DNA from: Tubulanus polymorphus
Taxonomy: Eukaryota; Animalia; Nemertea
Reading direction: 5' to 3'
DNA: 64,000 nt
NCBI RefSeq assembly: GCF_964204645.1
Contig: NC_134031.1
Coordinates: forward strand, 11,038,088-11,102,087
Below the pieces are notes generated by a model. That model saw only the letters and a list, made by a program, of their open reading frames with translations, made no database searches and was not told where the DNA came from. Position 1 is the first letter of the stretch, and each line of letters begins with the position of its first letter. Below are positions 31,799 to 45,984 of the stretch, piece by piece. A program made the position numbers and the translations under genes.

Positions 31799-33328
31799 TT
31801 ATTTATTTTTTATCATATTCACTAACCCAAAAATAATAGCACTTACAACTGTAATTAAAAATAAAATAATATGTTCAGCAGCAAAGTTAAGAATATTCCC
31901 TGCAGATTTCAATATAAAACCAACAATTGATGCAATAACTCCGGGTAAAGCTGCGGCAGACTTTTTAGATAGTTCCCATAAATATTTTGCTAATTTTTTT
32001 AAACCATCCTTTACTTTATCTTGTATAGAATTATTATTTGGGGGTTTATCTGGTTTATTGGGAGTAGGAGTAGACTTAAGTGAATTTGATATAGCTAAAC
32101 CAATTGTTGTAGATACCATAGTTACAGATGTTAGAATTGAAAGAATTGTTATACCTTCTAACTTAAATAATAATTTTATTCTGTCTTTCAATGATATTTT
32201 AGAATCTGGTTTAATAAGATATCTTTTAAAAACATCTTTTAACCTTTTAAAATTATTACTAAATTCTTTTAATAATATATTTCTTTCACCTTTTTGTACT
32301 TCTAAATTATCAATTTCTTTTTCTAAACGTAATTCTTTTTGCCTATATTCTATTTCATCAATTACTTGATGATCAATATCAGACTTTAATTGTTCTATTT
32401 ATTTATTTTTATCAGTTAATTCTTTTTCTAACAGGGTTATTTTAGAAAATCTCATCTTAATATAAGTAATTTTATCAGTTTCATCTCTTGTACTAATAAT
32501 TTCTCTACGTGTTTGTTTGGGTAACATTTTTAATTCTTCATCAGTTAAATCAATAATTCCTTTTTCTAATAAAAGTTGCAATTGATTTGTTCCAGTTTCA
32601 GTACCAGGTGTATCTTAAGTATTATTTATGTGTTCTTCTGCCGCATTACCTGAATCTATTGTGTCCAATAAATGTTTTACTTCTTGATGTTGACTTAAAT
32701 CAATATCAATCGGTTGAGTGTCTCTTCTCGATGTTTCTGGTGTTGAAGATCTTAATCTATCTCCATACTCTTCCATTTCTGGTTCTAAATTATTATAGAT
32801 TTTGTCAAATAAATCATTAATTCTTTGTTTAAATAATTTCTTATAGCGATTTATTTCTTCTTTTGTTACATCTTCTAGTTCATTACTATTATAAATTATT
32901 TTTTTAATTCTACTTGGTTCTAATTTTTCTTAAGTTGACTCTGCTAATATTTTGTCTTGATTTTTATAAGAGATATTAATATAATAATCACCATTCAAAT
33001 TATCACCATCCAAATAATAATAATATTCACCATTGAAAAATTCTAAATCTCTTACTAAAAGTCTAGCGCCTCTATCATTTATATTATATCCAGATTTTTC
33101 AAATAAAAGTTTAAAATCATTTATAAATTCATTATATTCTAAATTTTGTCCTATTAAATCTGGATTTTTATTTTCAGGACTTATTCTCGATTTAGCTCCT
33201 CTATCAAATTCATCTGTTGATGGGGCTAAATTAGAATTAAATGCTGATTCATCATCATTAAAATCAGGTTGTGGTTCATCACTTATACCGGGTTCATCAA
33301 AAGTATCCATTGGAATATATTCTTCCAT
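31799..33328 (-). pseudogene. homolog of 20178-21878 (multi-TM protein), fragmented, unrelated N-terminus
   Basis: C-terminal 130 aa near-identical to element A; several frameshifts. Confidence 0.8.
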
Positions 33329-33343
33329 TTATATAATAAAAAA

Positions 33344-34707
33344 TTAAAATTTAAAATATAATATTCCTCCTATAACAATTCCTATACAAGTTATAGCTAA
33401 TTTAGCATTTTCATGGGATTTATTATCATTATCAGTTTTAATTATATCATATTGAATATTATCAGTTTTAATATTTTCTGATGTATTGTAATCTTTTATT
33501 TTAGAATCATTATCCAATTTAATATTTCTAGTTTTAGTTTCAGTTGATTGAATATGTTTTTTATTTTTTTCACCTTCCATTAATTTTGGAGCAGTAATTA
33601 TCTTTTTATTTATATCATTTAATCCAAATGAATTATTTATTGTTGCAGTTTTAATACTAAATCATTAGAAATAATGAATAGATTAGGGCCTATACAATAA
33701 TTTAATCTAATATGTGATTTATCTAGATAATTTTGATATCTTACAATGTTTTCTGGAATCGATCTATTTTTATCATTATGAATTGAATCTTGAAATAATA
33801 CTTTGAATTGTTTCTGTGTATCAAATGATGTATTAAAATTTCCAATTATTGGGGATCTTGTTTCAACCTGTGATCCTAGAATACATATCAAATAAGTTCT
33901 AATTGATTGATTTATTCTTTGTATACCTGATTTAGTAAAACCTTCACTATTTTCTAAAATAAAATTAACCCTACCATCATTATTTTGTTGTTGTTTGATA
34001 TAAATATAATATTTTGGTATTTCATTCCATTTAAACGTTTTTGAGTTAATATTTTTTATTTCTTTTATATATTTTTTAGTATAAGGGGCAACAAAACCTC
34101 CGATTGGAAATGGTGAATTATTCATTGCAATCAAAGCTTTCTCTACTTTAGATAAATCTCCCCCTGTAATTGTTCCCATCTTTGATCTAAAATCAGAATT
34201 ATTTATATCTATATTAAATTCATTACATATTTTATAATACTTTGATAAATTAATGTTATTATCTAATTCTTTAAAATATCTAGACCCTGGTAAAGGACAC
34301 TCTAATTCATTTAATATTAATCTTATTTGAAAGTATGTATGAAATCTAAAGGGTGATAACATTAATGGTAAATTTGGTTCATTTAAATGATTATTCCAAC
34401 TTATGCCACACCCTGTTGTTGCGCAATAAACAGCAAAATTTAATTGGTTTTGCCAGAATTGCATATTTGATTTAAACATCCATGATTTTGCTTTACTTAA
34501 TTCTTTTTCAAAATTAATTTCATAAACATTGAATATATTTTCCATCTTTACATGAAAATTATTACTTTCAATAACATAAATATATAAATCAATTAATGAA
34601 TTTAAAACTTCATTTCTATATGAAATATCTTTATTGAAATCTATTGCAGGAATATTATATTTAATTGATTTATTATATTGGAAAGCTTTTGGAAAACTAA
34701 CTGCCAT
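33344..34707 (-). pseudogene. homolog of 18902-20161, frameshifted by a small deletion near 33650
   Basis: WQNQLNFAVYCATTGCGISW; C-terminal piece 33344-33580. Confidence 0.8.
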
Positions 34708-34723
34708 TTATATAATTAAAAAA

Positions 34724-35158
34724 TTAATAATTAACTAATTCTTTTAATAATTTATCTTGTTCCTCAACTGTTATATGACCATTTAAACTTATTATATAAT
34801 CTGGTGTATTCTTTAATTTATTAATTTCTTCTATATTAGTTTTAATTTTTTCTTTATTACTTTTTATATTTAATTTTGAACTTATACCGGTTAAAACATT
34901 TGAACTTAATCCTAACACACCAATTGATATAGCTAAAGGTGTTAATGGACTGAATATTGCTAGAAATGTTATTACAGAACTAATTGTAACCGAACCACTT
35001 ATAATCAAATAATATATAATTTTACTTTTTAAATATTTTTTCTTTTTTATCTTAAAGTCACTTTCAAATTCTAATATTTGTTTTTCTAAATATATTTTTA
35101 ATTTAGTTTTACTGATATCATGAGGAATACTATCAATATTATCAACTTTATCTTCCAT
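34724..35158 (-). CDS. two-TM protein (mostly deleted in element A)
   Basis: IIYYLIISGSVTISSVITFLAIF / LAISIGVLGLSSNVLTGI; TAAATG start. Confidence 0.75.
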   Translation of the reverse strand: MEDKVDNIDSIPHDISKTKLKIYLEKQILEFESDFKIKKKKYLKSKIIYYLIISGSVTISSVITFLAIFSPLTPLAISIGVLGLSSNVLTGISSKLNIKSNKEKIKTNIEEINKLKNTPDYIISLNGHITVEEQDKLLKELVNY

Positions 35159-35178
35159 TTATTTAGCAAAGAAATTAC

Positions 35179-35579
35179 TAATTAGTAAATCTATACGCTA
35201 CAAATATAACAATAACAGTTCCACCTAAAATCCAAATTATTTCATATTTCTATTGTTCTTTACTTGGGGTATAATAATCTAATAATTTAGGTTTGTATAG
35301 ATGTAATTTTTCTTTATTGGTTACCGCGTTATATAAACTCATTGCATCATCAACTGATTGAAAATCTCTATGTGAAATCTTCTGATCATATAATTCCTTG
35401 TTAATATAATCCATATAGTTTTGTCTTTTTTCTCTATATTCTTCTGCAGCTTTATTGTATTTTTCTAATGCTAAGTTATGTCTTTTTTGTTCTGATAATG
35501 ATCCATTTTTATCAATATGTTTAAATGCTAAAGCGTTAACAATTGCCGATCCTATAATAGTTATAATTGCAGAAGCCAT
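35179..35579 (-). pseudogene. homolog of 18460-18882 with 21-bp deletion and nonsense codon
   Basis: Direct alignment to element A. Confidence 0.8.
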
Positions 35580-35603
35580 TTATTTAGTAAAATAATTGCG
35601 CAG

Positions 35604-35825
35604 TTATATGGGAGGAATATATTTTTGTTTTCCCAAATAATCAATAGTTAAATTAGATAAAGTAACTGCTAATGTTAATTTCAAAATATCATTTATATCA
35701 AATCTATCAACATTAACACTTCCCATTTTAAATACTTTTTTTAATACCATTGAATAACCAACAGTTCCAACTGATAGTAATGCGCCATTATATAATTCAG
35801 TTATTATCCACTTATTATCACTCAT
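35604..35825 (-). CDS. homolog of 18215-18436
   Basis: 71/73 aa identical by inspection. Confidence 0.8.
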   Translation of the reverse strand: MSDNKWIITELYNGALLSVGTVGYSMVLKKVFKMGSVNVDRFDINDILKLTLAVTLSNLTIDYLGKQKYIPPI

Positions 35826-36151
35826 TTATTTATCAAAAAAATTACTTTCTTCAAAATATTTAGTTATCTTAGTGATGATTATTTCAACATTTATTTTATT
35901 ACTACTATTATTTACTGATTATCATATATTTTAGATAATATGTTTTTAATATCATCAATAATTCCATCTTCATTTAATTCATAATATTCTAAAGGCGTTT
36001 TAATTAAATCAATTACTTTTTCTATATTATAATTTTCTTTATTAATCATTGATGCATTGTTAAATGATTTACTTTTTACTTTAATTCTCATTTCATTACC
36101 ATGTTTAAAATCAAACCCAAAACATATACTCGGCCCTACTGTTATATTCAT
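35826..36151 (-). pseudogene. homolog of 17858-18214, frameshifted
   Basis: MNITVGPSICFGFDFK start; tail out of frame. Confidence 0.7.
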
Positions 36152-36924
36152 TTATATATCAAAAAAATACTCTCTACATCTTATAACTAATTCATAAATT
36201 ACTGGAAAATTATTTAAATCAATTAAATATCCATTATGATTTTTTACTTCTAATTTGAAATTATTAAATCGTGAAATACAAGGCTTAAAATCACATTCTG
36301 TTAAATTATAATTTATTTGCATTCTAAATTCTTTAACATTCTTCAATGGTAAAATATTTAATATACTAGAATTACAAGTTATATCTTTAATTGCTTCGAA
36401 TGTCTTTGTATGGTCAATCAAATTGCAATAAATATAAAAGTGTGTGTAAGGTATTAAGTTTGGTGTAGCATCAATATTTGTAAAAGATCTATCTGGAGGA
36501 ATTCTTAACAGTTTAACTATAGGTTTTTTTTACCATAAATTTATGTTTTTCACTATTAGTCAACCTTATCTTTATTCTATCAGAACTATCACTTTTTAAA
36601 AATCTAATACTAAACCCGGAATCACTACCTAATTTGTGCCAGGCTTTTCTATTAATTTCTTGTGATAATGTATCTAAATTATATAACCCCGTTTTTAAAT
36701 ATATATATAGGCCCATGCATCTATGTGTCTAAAACTAAAAAGGCTCTATCTTCAATAGTTTTATTCGATATATTGTAAAAAGAATTACATAAACTTACAT
36801 TAACTAATTTTAAATCAACACGATATTCATATTCCCTATCTAATTGAACTAATAAATCATGTGATTTATAATTTGTAAGTTTTCTTGAATCAACAAATAT
36901 TCTGTTTTCTTTTAATTCTACCAT
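36152..36924 (-). pseudogene. penton/minor capsid, fragmented
   Basis: Three ORF pieces homologous to 17086-17841. Confidence 0.85.
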
Positions 36925-36941
36925 TTATTTTACATATTTTC

Positions 36942-37288
36942 TTATTCGAAATCTATTTCATGATGCCCTTTTTCATTCTTACCTTTATATACGAAATAAC
37001 CTGAACATAATTCTTCTAAATCTTCACTAGATAATCTATGAAATCTATCCGGTAAATATGTTCTGAATTTATATGTATTTCCTTTTAATCCTTCATATTC
37101 TAAGTGTATAACTAATTTATCTCCATATTTGTTAGTAACTGTAACAATATCTGTAATTAGATATTTCTTATGGATTGTTAATTCTTTTAACTTCTTAAAT
37201 TTATAATCTACTGATTGACATTTGAAGTATCTTTTATTCTATCTAGAAATAATTTGTTGTACTCACTGTTTGCTTGTTTACTCTCCAT
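36942..37288 (-). pseudogene. homolog of 16727-17068, frameshifted
   Basis: MESKQ...KGHHEIDFE; 1-bp deletion near 37218. Confidence 0.8.
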
Positions 37289-37317
37289 TTATAATACATA
37301 TTTTTATTAAAATTTGA

Positions 37318-39421
37318 TTAACACGTTAGAATTCTTTTTATTATCTCGTTCTCTTTTGTTTCTTCTCTTTTACGTTTTAAGTATTCATCTAAATTACAAC
37401 CATAAGCAACTGTGTGAATTCCATCATCTAAAATATATCTTTTATCATCAAATGGATTTAAACTTATCTTCTCTATTTCTTCAATAAACATTTCGTGGTA
37501 CTCAGATCTTAAACATTTCATCTTATGTTTTCTAACTTCTTCTTTGAATATACAATTTATGTAATCTTTGAAATGAATATTCTTTTCAACAACGCTTTTG
37601 GTAATTCCTTTCAATTTCTTTGATTCATGAGTTTTAGTTTTATATGAATACATTTTGGATCTAATACCAATGAATTCAATCATTTCTTCACCACCTAATT
37701 CATCCTTAAACTTCCCGGGTCGCTTTTTATTATCATTGCTAAACAATTCATGATTTTTAGGATAATTACTAAAATCTAAATGATGTTTTAATGTTTTTAA
37801 ATCATCAGTTATGTTATTAGTTTTTATCTTTAATATGTAACTGTCAGTATCAAAATATAAGATTTCTATATGTTTTTCTCCAAAATGAGGTTGTAATACA
37901 TTATAATAGAATTCATACATTAATAACTTTGATAATTTAAAACTGATGCTCCAACATAAATTGGTTAATTAAATTTCATAGATGTTCTTCTCATTTTAAC
38001 TGCAGCTAAATTTTCATCAAATACTCTGTTACCTATAAATTTAGGATATGTTTGTAAATGCCTTATCCTTTTACCATTACTAACTAACTCAATATCATTT
38101 CTATTTCTAATATTTTCACAAGTCTTACCATAGAATGCATTATTCATTAACTTGAAGAAATCTTTTTCGAAATCAGTTTTAGCTTCATTTCTCTGTTTGG
38201 TGTTAAAATCTATATATTTTTCTAACCACTTAGATTGACTAAATGAAATATATCTATGTACTTTTTTTAGGATCATTCCTTGTTTTAGATAAAACTTCAA
38301 CATTCTATTATGTACTACATAATTATATTTATCTTCTTGAGTTACCATTAACTTTTCCGTATGAATATGATTTTCGATTTTCTTTTTTGATAATTTGATA
38401 ATTCTTCATGTGTTACAGTTTTATGTTCGGGGCAGTATGCTAGATTTCTAGATTTAAATTTAATATGTTCAGGATATTCTAAATCTACAACAAAGAAGTA
38501 ACCAGTATCTGAATCATCTGCAATATCTAGGATTCTTTTCTTCCAATCAAATTTATCATTATTTTCATGTTGTAAAACTTCACTTATTTCAAATACTCAA
38601 TACGGTTGTGGTTCCATCATTGCCCAACCATACAAATTATTTGCATCTATATATAATAACTTATATCCAGGGTTATCATTTACATTGAAATATCTATCCC
38701 CTAATACACCCGAAACTCCTCCTCTTATAGATTTTTCAAATAATAATAATTGATCTATATTTGTTAACAAATCCATTTTTATATCCGTAAATTTTAATCC
38801 ACAATCCCATGTTAAACCTGGGCTAGAATAACAATGACAAGGATCAATATTGAAATATTTTAAGTTTACATCTCTAAACCTTTCGAATATATCAGTTAAT
38901 AATAATACATCTGATTTTAAATATAAATCTACTAATTGTCCATGATTTTTCATTTTGAAATGATTCCAAATATTCAATGTTCTATTATATACTTCATCTT
39001 TAACATATTCATTGTTTAATTCATCATAGAATTGTTCTTTCAATAATTCAGTTATATTAAAATCATTATGATTTTTATAGAAAGAATATGGAATTGCGCC
39101 TTTATATCTCATTAATTGGAAATCAACATTATTTGGGCAGTGTTGTTTTAATATTTTTAATTCATCATCAACTAATGATTTCGATAAGTTATCTAATGAA
39201 CTATTTAAAAATCTATATGAATCTATAAATCTTAGGCAACCAAATTGGAATGATATATAATTCTCAGATGTTCTAGCTAACATTTTAAATTTATAAGTTG
39301 GTATTTTATCTTTTGATCTATTTGAATTTAATCTTTCTATTTCATTATTGATTTCTTCTATTTTATGACATAACTGTTTGATGAATAAATGTGCATCATA
39401 TCCTGATTGATTATGAAATAC
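37318..39421 (-). pseudogene. polB: pPolB C-terminal part (ExoII to end), fragmented
   Basis: FHNQSGYD, YIDANNLYG, KLMNNAFYGK, YFDTDS. Confidence 0.9.
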
Positions 39422-40967
39422 CAGAAAGAAATTTTCCATGATGGGTTTCTGTGTAATTGTTTCTGTTTCATTCACCGAACTCGCTGTCAACAAGGTATAT
39501 TTCTAAAAGGAAATATACTGCGACAGGTGGTTTTGCAAAGTCATTAAAAATCAAGATCCTATTGTATCTAAGGATACAATTATTCCGATTTTGGAGAGAG
39601 AGAAGTCATAAAGAATGAATAAATTAATGGAGATTACAAAATCGGAAGTAACAAACGAACAGTTAAAAAGCGGAAGCACCCGTCGCGATAAAATGAAGAT
39701 TTAAATATTACAAAATCATTATGAAAAACGAAATGAAAAGAGACAAATGCTACCGTTGATAGTATTCACGTACAAATTGTAGAATGAGAATAGAAAATTT
39801 AATTGAATACAAGTTCCGAGAAGAGCAAAGAGATTTAGACAATCAATTCGGCGGCTTGAAATAAAGAAACTGCTTAAAAAATGAATAAACTCGAATGCAA
39901 GATCTTTGCTTTCGAATGATTTGTTAATTACAAGGGTAGACCTAAGGTTCATATAAATCTATATTTTTGAATTTTGAAATCAGGGGATCTAAAAATAGTA
40001 TTCATCATTAGGGGACGTCGATTCATAAATTAATTTTTCAGGGAAGAGCCGATCAGCCTTCCAGAAAGGGAATGCGCATCATCCGTGAGTGTCGCAAAAA
40101 ATTATCTCATTGCTAATTAAAGTTGAAAAATATCATGTACGTTGTTTTCTGAATACTAAAAGATTCTTGATTTTATTTGTGTTCAGTCTACTTAATTGCG
40201 GAAATCCGATGTATTTGCAGTACTGGGAACAATAAAGCATTGAATAAAGTAACAATTAAGTATATTTGATGAGAATCAATAAAGTATATTTGAACTTGAA
40301 TTTGAGCCCACTAGGTGGTGGTATTGGAAGACACCAGGTGGTTCGATCAACTTAATATGCTCCAGCGCCGTGGCGCTGTCGCAAAAAGGCGATTCTCGAT
40401 ATAAATAGTAATGGGTTTTCCCCGCGGGATACCCGCTTTGGGAAAGGCACCTGACTCGATGCTACGAGTTCGAATCCCAAAATTTAGACGTAATTTATTA
40501 TTCTTTGAAATAAATTCTTAGAATTTCTATTTATGATAGGATGTGCAGGTTTTGATTTGGTAATGATGTTAATAAAAGTTTACCTCTTAAGGTATTGTTT
40601 TCTATCTATTATTTGTGACGGATTAGTTTCGATGCTCCTCACAACCCGCCCCACCACGTGTCACTTATTCACGGACACGCGGATTGTATCATTTGTAATA
40701 GGCCTACCACATGAAAGAGTCCATGGCCTACCGTAGAATAGTAGGGCCTACCGATCACGCTATGTGCGATGAAAGTAGTGTTTGAATAAAACAAATTTTT
40801 AATGAAATAAACATTATTTATCATAATTAATCAATAGATCAGGTGCCGCCTAAATAATTGTTTGTTTCGTGAAATTTGTACAAAACTTTACGACTTCGTC
40901 ATGTCTTGTGACCCTGAAAATACTAGAAGAATCATCGGTAAGCTTATAAAACGGCGAGGTCAACATA

Positions 40968-43909
40968 GTAACAATCTATATTTGTTAACAAATCCATTTT
41001 TATATTTGCAAATTTTAATCCACAATCCCATGTTAATCCTGGTGATGAATAACAATGACAAGGATCAATATTGAAATATTTTAGGTTTACATCTCTAAAC
41101 CTTTCGAATATATCGGTTAATAATAATACATCTGATTTTAAATATAAATCTACTAATTGCCCATGATTTTCTATTTTGAAATGATTCCAAATATTAAATA
41201 AATGTTCTATTATAGACTTCATCTTTAACGTATTCATTTTTTAATTCATCATAGAATTGTTCTTTCAATAATTCAGTTATATTGAAATCATTATGTGATT
41301 TATAAAATGAATATGGAATTGCTCCTTTATATCTCATTAATTTAAAATCATCATTATTTGGGTAATATTCTTTTAATATCTTTAATTCATCATCAACTAA
41401 TGATTTTGATAAGTTATCTAATGAACTATTTAAAAATCTATATGAATCTATAAATCTTAGGCAACCAAATTGGAATGATATATAATTCTCAGATGTTTTA
41501 GCTAACATTCTAAATTTATAAGTTGGTATTTTATCTTTTGATCTATTTGAATTTAATATTTCTATTTCATTATTGATTTCTTCTATTTTATGGCATAACT
41601 GTTTGATAAATAAATGTGCATCATATCCTGATAGATTATGAAATATAACTGGTACAAAATTAATTTTCTTAGCTTGTAAGTTACAATTCTCATGTGCAGC
41701 GCCTCTAAACTTTCTATTCAAATGATCATGGTCTCTTACTTTTTTATCTTTATAATTAAATATCTTTTCACAATAATAACATTTACCTGCAAACGCAAAT
41801 TCTTCTTTATCTTCTTCTGTCATAATTATTTCTTTATTTGTATTCAATAATTTACTAAATCTTATTTCATATTCAATTAATAAGTCACAAAAATGATTGA
41901 TAACATTTTCATTTCTGTAATGATAATATTCACTTTCAATTAGTTCTGGATAATCAGATTTTATATATAACCCGAAAGCTGCAGCTGATTGATGAATCTT
42001 TTTAATAGTATTTGTTTTTGGTGGTTCATCTGAAAAATCATTTTCATTAGAATTTAATTTCTTTCTTTTATAATATATTTCTTTTCTATCTTGATCAGTT
42101 AATTCTTTATTTAATGATTCAAATTCTCCATATATTACAAATGGAACTTTATTTTTGTAATCATATTTTTTGAATTCTAATATTTTATCTTTTTCATTTG
42201 GTAAAACTAATTTACAATAATCATGATTTTCACATAATTGTTTATGATTTAATAATGCACTTTTGTACACCGTTGTATCCATGGATCTGCTCCAGTTTAC
42301 TTGTCAAATCTGCTACGTAGGGTAGAGGGGCGCACTCGAATCATCTACCAGCCTTGCTTTACACGTTCCTCGTTCTAAATCCAAATATGGCGACCGTGCC
42401 TTTTCTAGCTGTGCACCCTACCTTTGGAATAGACTACCCATTTCCATTCGTTCCACCGTTGACGAAGGATCTTTTCGCAACGCTCTAAAGACATATCTGT
42501 TTTTGCAGTATTTCCAGGAGATAGCGCTTTGAGCGTGGGATACTGCGGAAAAGCGCTTTAAAAGAACTTTTTATTATTATTATTATTACTTTCAGTTCTG
42601 AATTTATGTAAACATTTTCTACATAGATATATTTTATTATCAAAATCATTTTCTGATTTAAAAAATAAATTAATTCTTTTAATCCACATATAATGATTCT
42701 CATAATATAATATATCTATAACATCGTTTGAATCATAATCTTTTGATAGATATTAAGGTTCTAATGTATAATGTTTTATATTGTTACCTTTTGTATTTGG
42801 TAATTTGATTAAATCAAATACATTTATTCTTAAATTATTGTCTCTTTCTATTTTTGGGATATTTTTAATTCTAACAGGATACTTATCTATCTTATAATTA
42901 TTTTCAAATGGTTTATAATGTGTTAATCTAAAACTATGTTGTTTATAATCTTCAACTGGGTGTAAGCAACTAATTATAGCCCATAGAAAACATTTATCAT
43001 CAAAATTTCGTATATTTATAACAGCATTAGTTTTAAATGGTAGGTTAATATAACTCGATGCTTCAATATCTGGTTCTTTATAATATGATAAATTATTTTC
43101 ATCAATTGGTTTTGATTTAGTTAACTTATTATATTTTGTGTTATAAATATGTTAAGTCAAAAATATTATTTCATCAAATATTAAACCAGATCCTTCAAAA
43201 TATTTCTCTTCTATTTTAGTTTTTACTTCATTATAACATTTATCTAATTTTTCATCTATATGTTGTTTAGATATAATATGTTGTGAATTAGAATTTATAT
43301 TATATATTGGTTTATCTTCAGATTTTATAAATTTAACTTTTGATGAAATACTTATTTTAGGATATTCAACATCTGTAATTATTTTTATAATATTTTTCAT
43401 ATTTTCTAAATGTTTTTATTTTCTTCTAATGTTTTTCCTTTATGAAATTTAAACTCAATAGCAGCTGGGCCAATATCACTTTTAAATGCTTCGGTTATTT
43501 CTATATCTTTTTTATTATCTAATGAATTAATATAATTTCTTACATCTTCCATGTATGGTCTTTTATTGTTTAATTTATTTCTTATTCTTTTAATTGTCTT
43601 ATGTTTCTTATCATTATCTTCATCAAAATAATCTTCACCTAAAATATCATTATTCATATTTATAATATGACTTTTAGATTTTAAATGTTCATTATAATAT
43701 CTTTTATCACTGAATGATTGATTACACGTATCACATTTGTACGTTTCTTTTTCATTCTTTAATTCATCTAATTTAGTTTCTAATATATCATCTTTATATT
43801 CTAATTTCAATTTATTCTCTAAATGTGTTTTAGTTTTATTGTGTCTTGCTTTTTGAGATTTATCTATATTGATATTACATGTTGAAAAGTAGTACTTATT
43901 TGCTTCCAT
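40968..43909 (-). pseudogene. polB: pPolB N-terminal part, fragmented, with L2 insertion
   Basis: MEANKYY start; collinear with 12667-15270. Confidence 0.9.
42264..42587 (+). mobile_element. 5'-truncated L2-clade LINE 3' end
   Basis: Encodes HGSAPVYL...VPRSKSKYGDRAFSSCAPYLWNRLP...LKTYLF; AGCGCTTT...AAAGCGCT stem, (TAT)n tail; flanking ACTTT duplication at 42259-42263 and 42588-42592. Confidence 0.85.
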
Positions 43910-44958
43910 TTTAATACTAATTTTTTTTTTAAATTGATTTTAGAAGTTCAATGATTTATTTTTGAAATCGCTCCGCGACCAATTGATTTAATACAATATG
44001 CTTTTAAAATTTAAATTATTAATATCTTAGAATAAATATTTAGTTATAATATAAAATACACACGGCTATGAAAATATATTATAGTTTTAAATTACTTTTA
44101 ATATTTTGTTTTTAATGAACTCGACCGTTCGACCTTTGGCTTAGAACAACTAAACCCCTATTACTAACATCAAATTTAGAACTATCATCCATTTTTAGTT
44201 TTCAATCTAAGACCAACCTATGAAATAAAGTACATATTTTTCTGATAAAAACCTGGAATAAATTAAAATAAATCTGAGGAATTCACCAAATTTCTGTATC
44301 AAACCCCTAATATATAACCCATAGATTGATACTTACATACGACAAATTGATGAAGAAACATCATTTGACAGTATACCAACTCGCAGACAAACTCCCAAAA
44401 TGAATCATGTCCTATTCATGATAAACACTTAGAATCAAACAAAAATACAACTAAAAAATTCACAATACAGATTTCGGTTTCGAATCCTTCAAATAACTGT
44501 TTACTTACATGAAACGAATTATCAAACTACTTCTGTCGACAGCATACCAACTCACTGACAAACCCCCAAAATGAACCGTGTCATGATAAACATCTGGAAT
44601 TAAACGTAATAAAGCTACAAAATTTACAAAATATCGGTTTCGAATCCCTCAAATAGCCTTACTCTTACAAATCATGGATTATCAAACAATTATGAACTCC
44701 CACAACGCCACATGTCTTTAATAATCTACAGTGAAAACCTGGAATTAAATGAAAATAAATCTTAAAATTCCGATTTGAACCCAACGTAGGCCCTCTCTCT
44801 ACTTGTAGGCCTAAGATCTGGAAATAGGATAAATTATGTTATGATGAAAGAGGCATAATGGTTCGGAAAAATTGAATTCAATATGGCTAGCTCTTGGCCC
44901 GGCAAAGTTTGCTCTTGAAATATCCTTTTGATTAGGCCTAGTTACACATTTTAAAAGC

Positions 44959-44997
44959 AAAATATAGCTGCCAAGCAGCGATGACGGGTTTTCTGCA
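44959..44997 (-). mobile_element. 3' end of another HINE-like copy
   Basis: Minus strand TGCAGAAAACCCGTCATCGCTGCTTGGCAGCTATATTT matches 31082-31119. Confidence 0.65.
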
Positions 44998-45359
44998 AAG
45001 CCATTCAGAATGATGGGAATTGTAGTAAATTGAAATATCGATACATAGAATAAATGCATTGACAGATTCGAACCTAGTATGCTGTGTAAACGTCAAATAT
45101 GATTCAGCTTTGAAACCGAACATAGGCGGACGTAAAATCACAAATATTAATTTATTTGACCAGGCATTTATTTTGGCATTCAAACATCATGATACTGTAT
45201 TATCACCATGCTTAAAAATGGATCTGTCCTATTAAGAACTCATCTTAAGCACCTTCTGAGTCGATAGATTGAGTGAATTTACAGATAAGAACGTACTATG
45301 ATTTCGAATAGATTTAAGAAGTTAATGTTTTTATTGAAATATTTGAATAAATACATATA

Positions 45360-45984
45360 CCGTATTTTCCGGCCAATAAGCCAACTCGGCCAATAAGCCG
45401 AGGGCAGTTTTTTAGCCTAAAATACATGGATTTCATAAAGCTTCGCCCAATAAGCCGAGGCCCTTCATCAGAGATTTTAATTCACTGATTCGTCAATTAG
45501 TTCGTCTTAATTGACGATTTAAGAGGCTGACAGTAGCGCCCGCCGATGTGTGAGAGTGCTGTGTATACTATCATCGCCGAGTGACTGTGCTATATATAGA
45601 CTCACTCAGCTGATTACTATACACACAGCCATACACGCAGTACACGGCTCACTGCTGATTTGCATATATACTAATGTATGAACTGACACGTGGTAGTACG
45701 ATGAACTCGCGCGTTATATAAATGTATACCATTGCCGCTGTGCGGTGATAGAACAATCAAAGTAAAAATAGAATAGTTCAAAATAGATTATAATTGGTAG
45801 TAAATAATGACCTCAAATAAATATCGACCACTTTTCTTGATTTTGACGATCATTGAGAGCATTAGAGTGGCATAGATCAGGAAGTGATTTTTTATGTCAG
45901 ATCGTATCCGCCCAATAAGCCGATCACGATATTTTGGGTAAAAATCTGAGGCTAGAAAATCGGCTTATTGGCCGGAAAATACGG
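45360..45984. mobile_element. Tc1/mariner-pogo-type MITE
   Basis: TIR CCGTATTTTCCGGCCAATAAGCC at both ends, flanked by TA; internal CCAATAAGCCGA repeats. Confidence 0.9.

Larger units (their letters stand above)
3465..44165 (-). mobile_element. Polinton element B (degenerate, interrupted by nested insertions, left terminus missing)
   Basis: Terminus ...CCCCTATTACT at 44165; genes 43909 to 31120 and 10094 to 3924 are collinear with element A in reverse; capsid gene joins exactly across 10094/31120. Confidence 0.8.
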
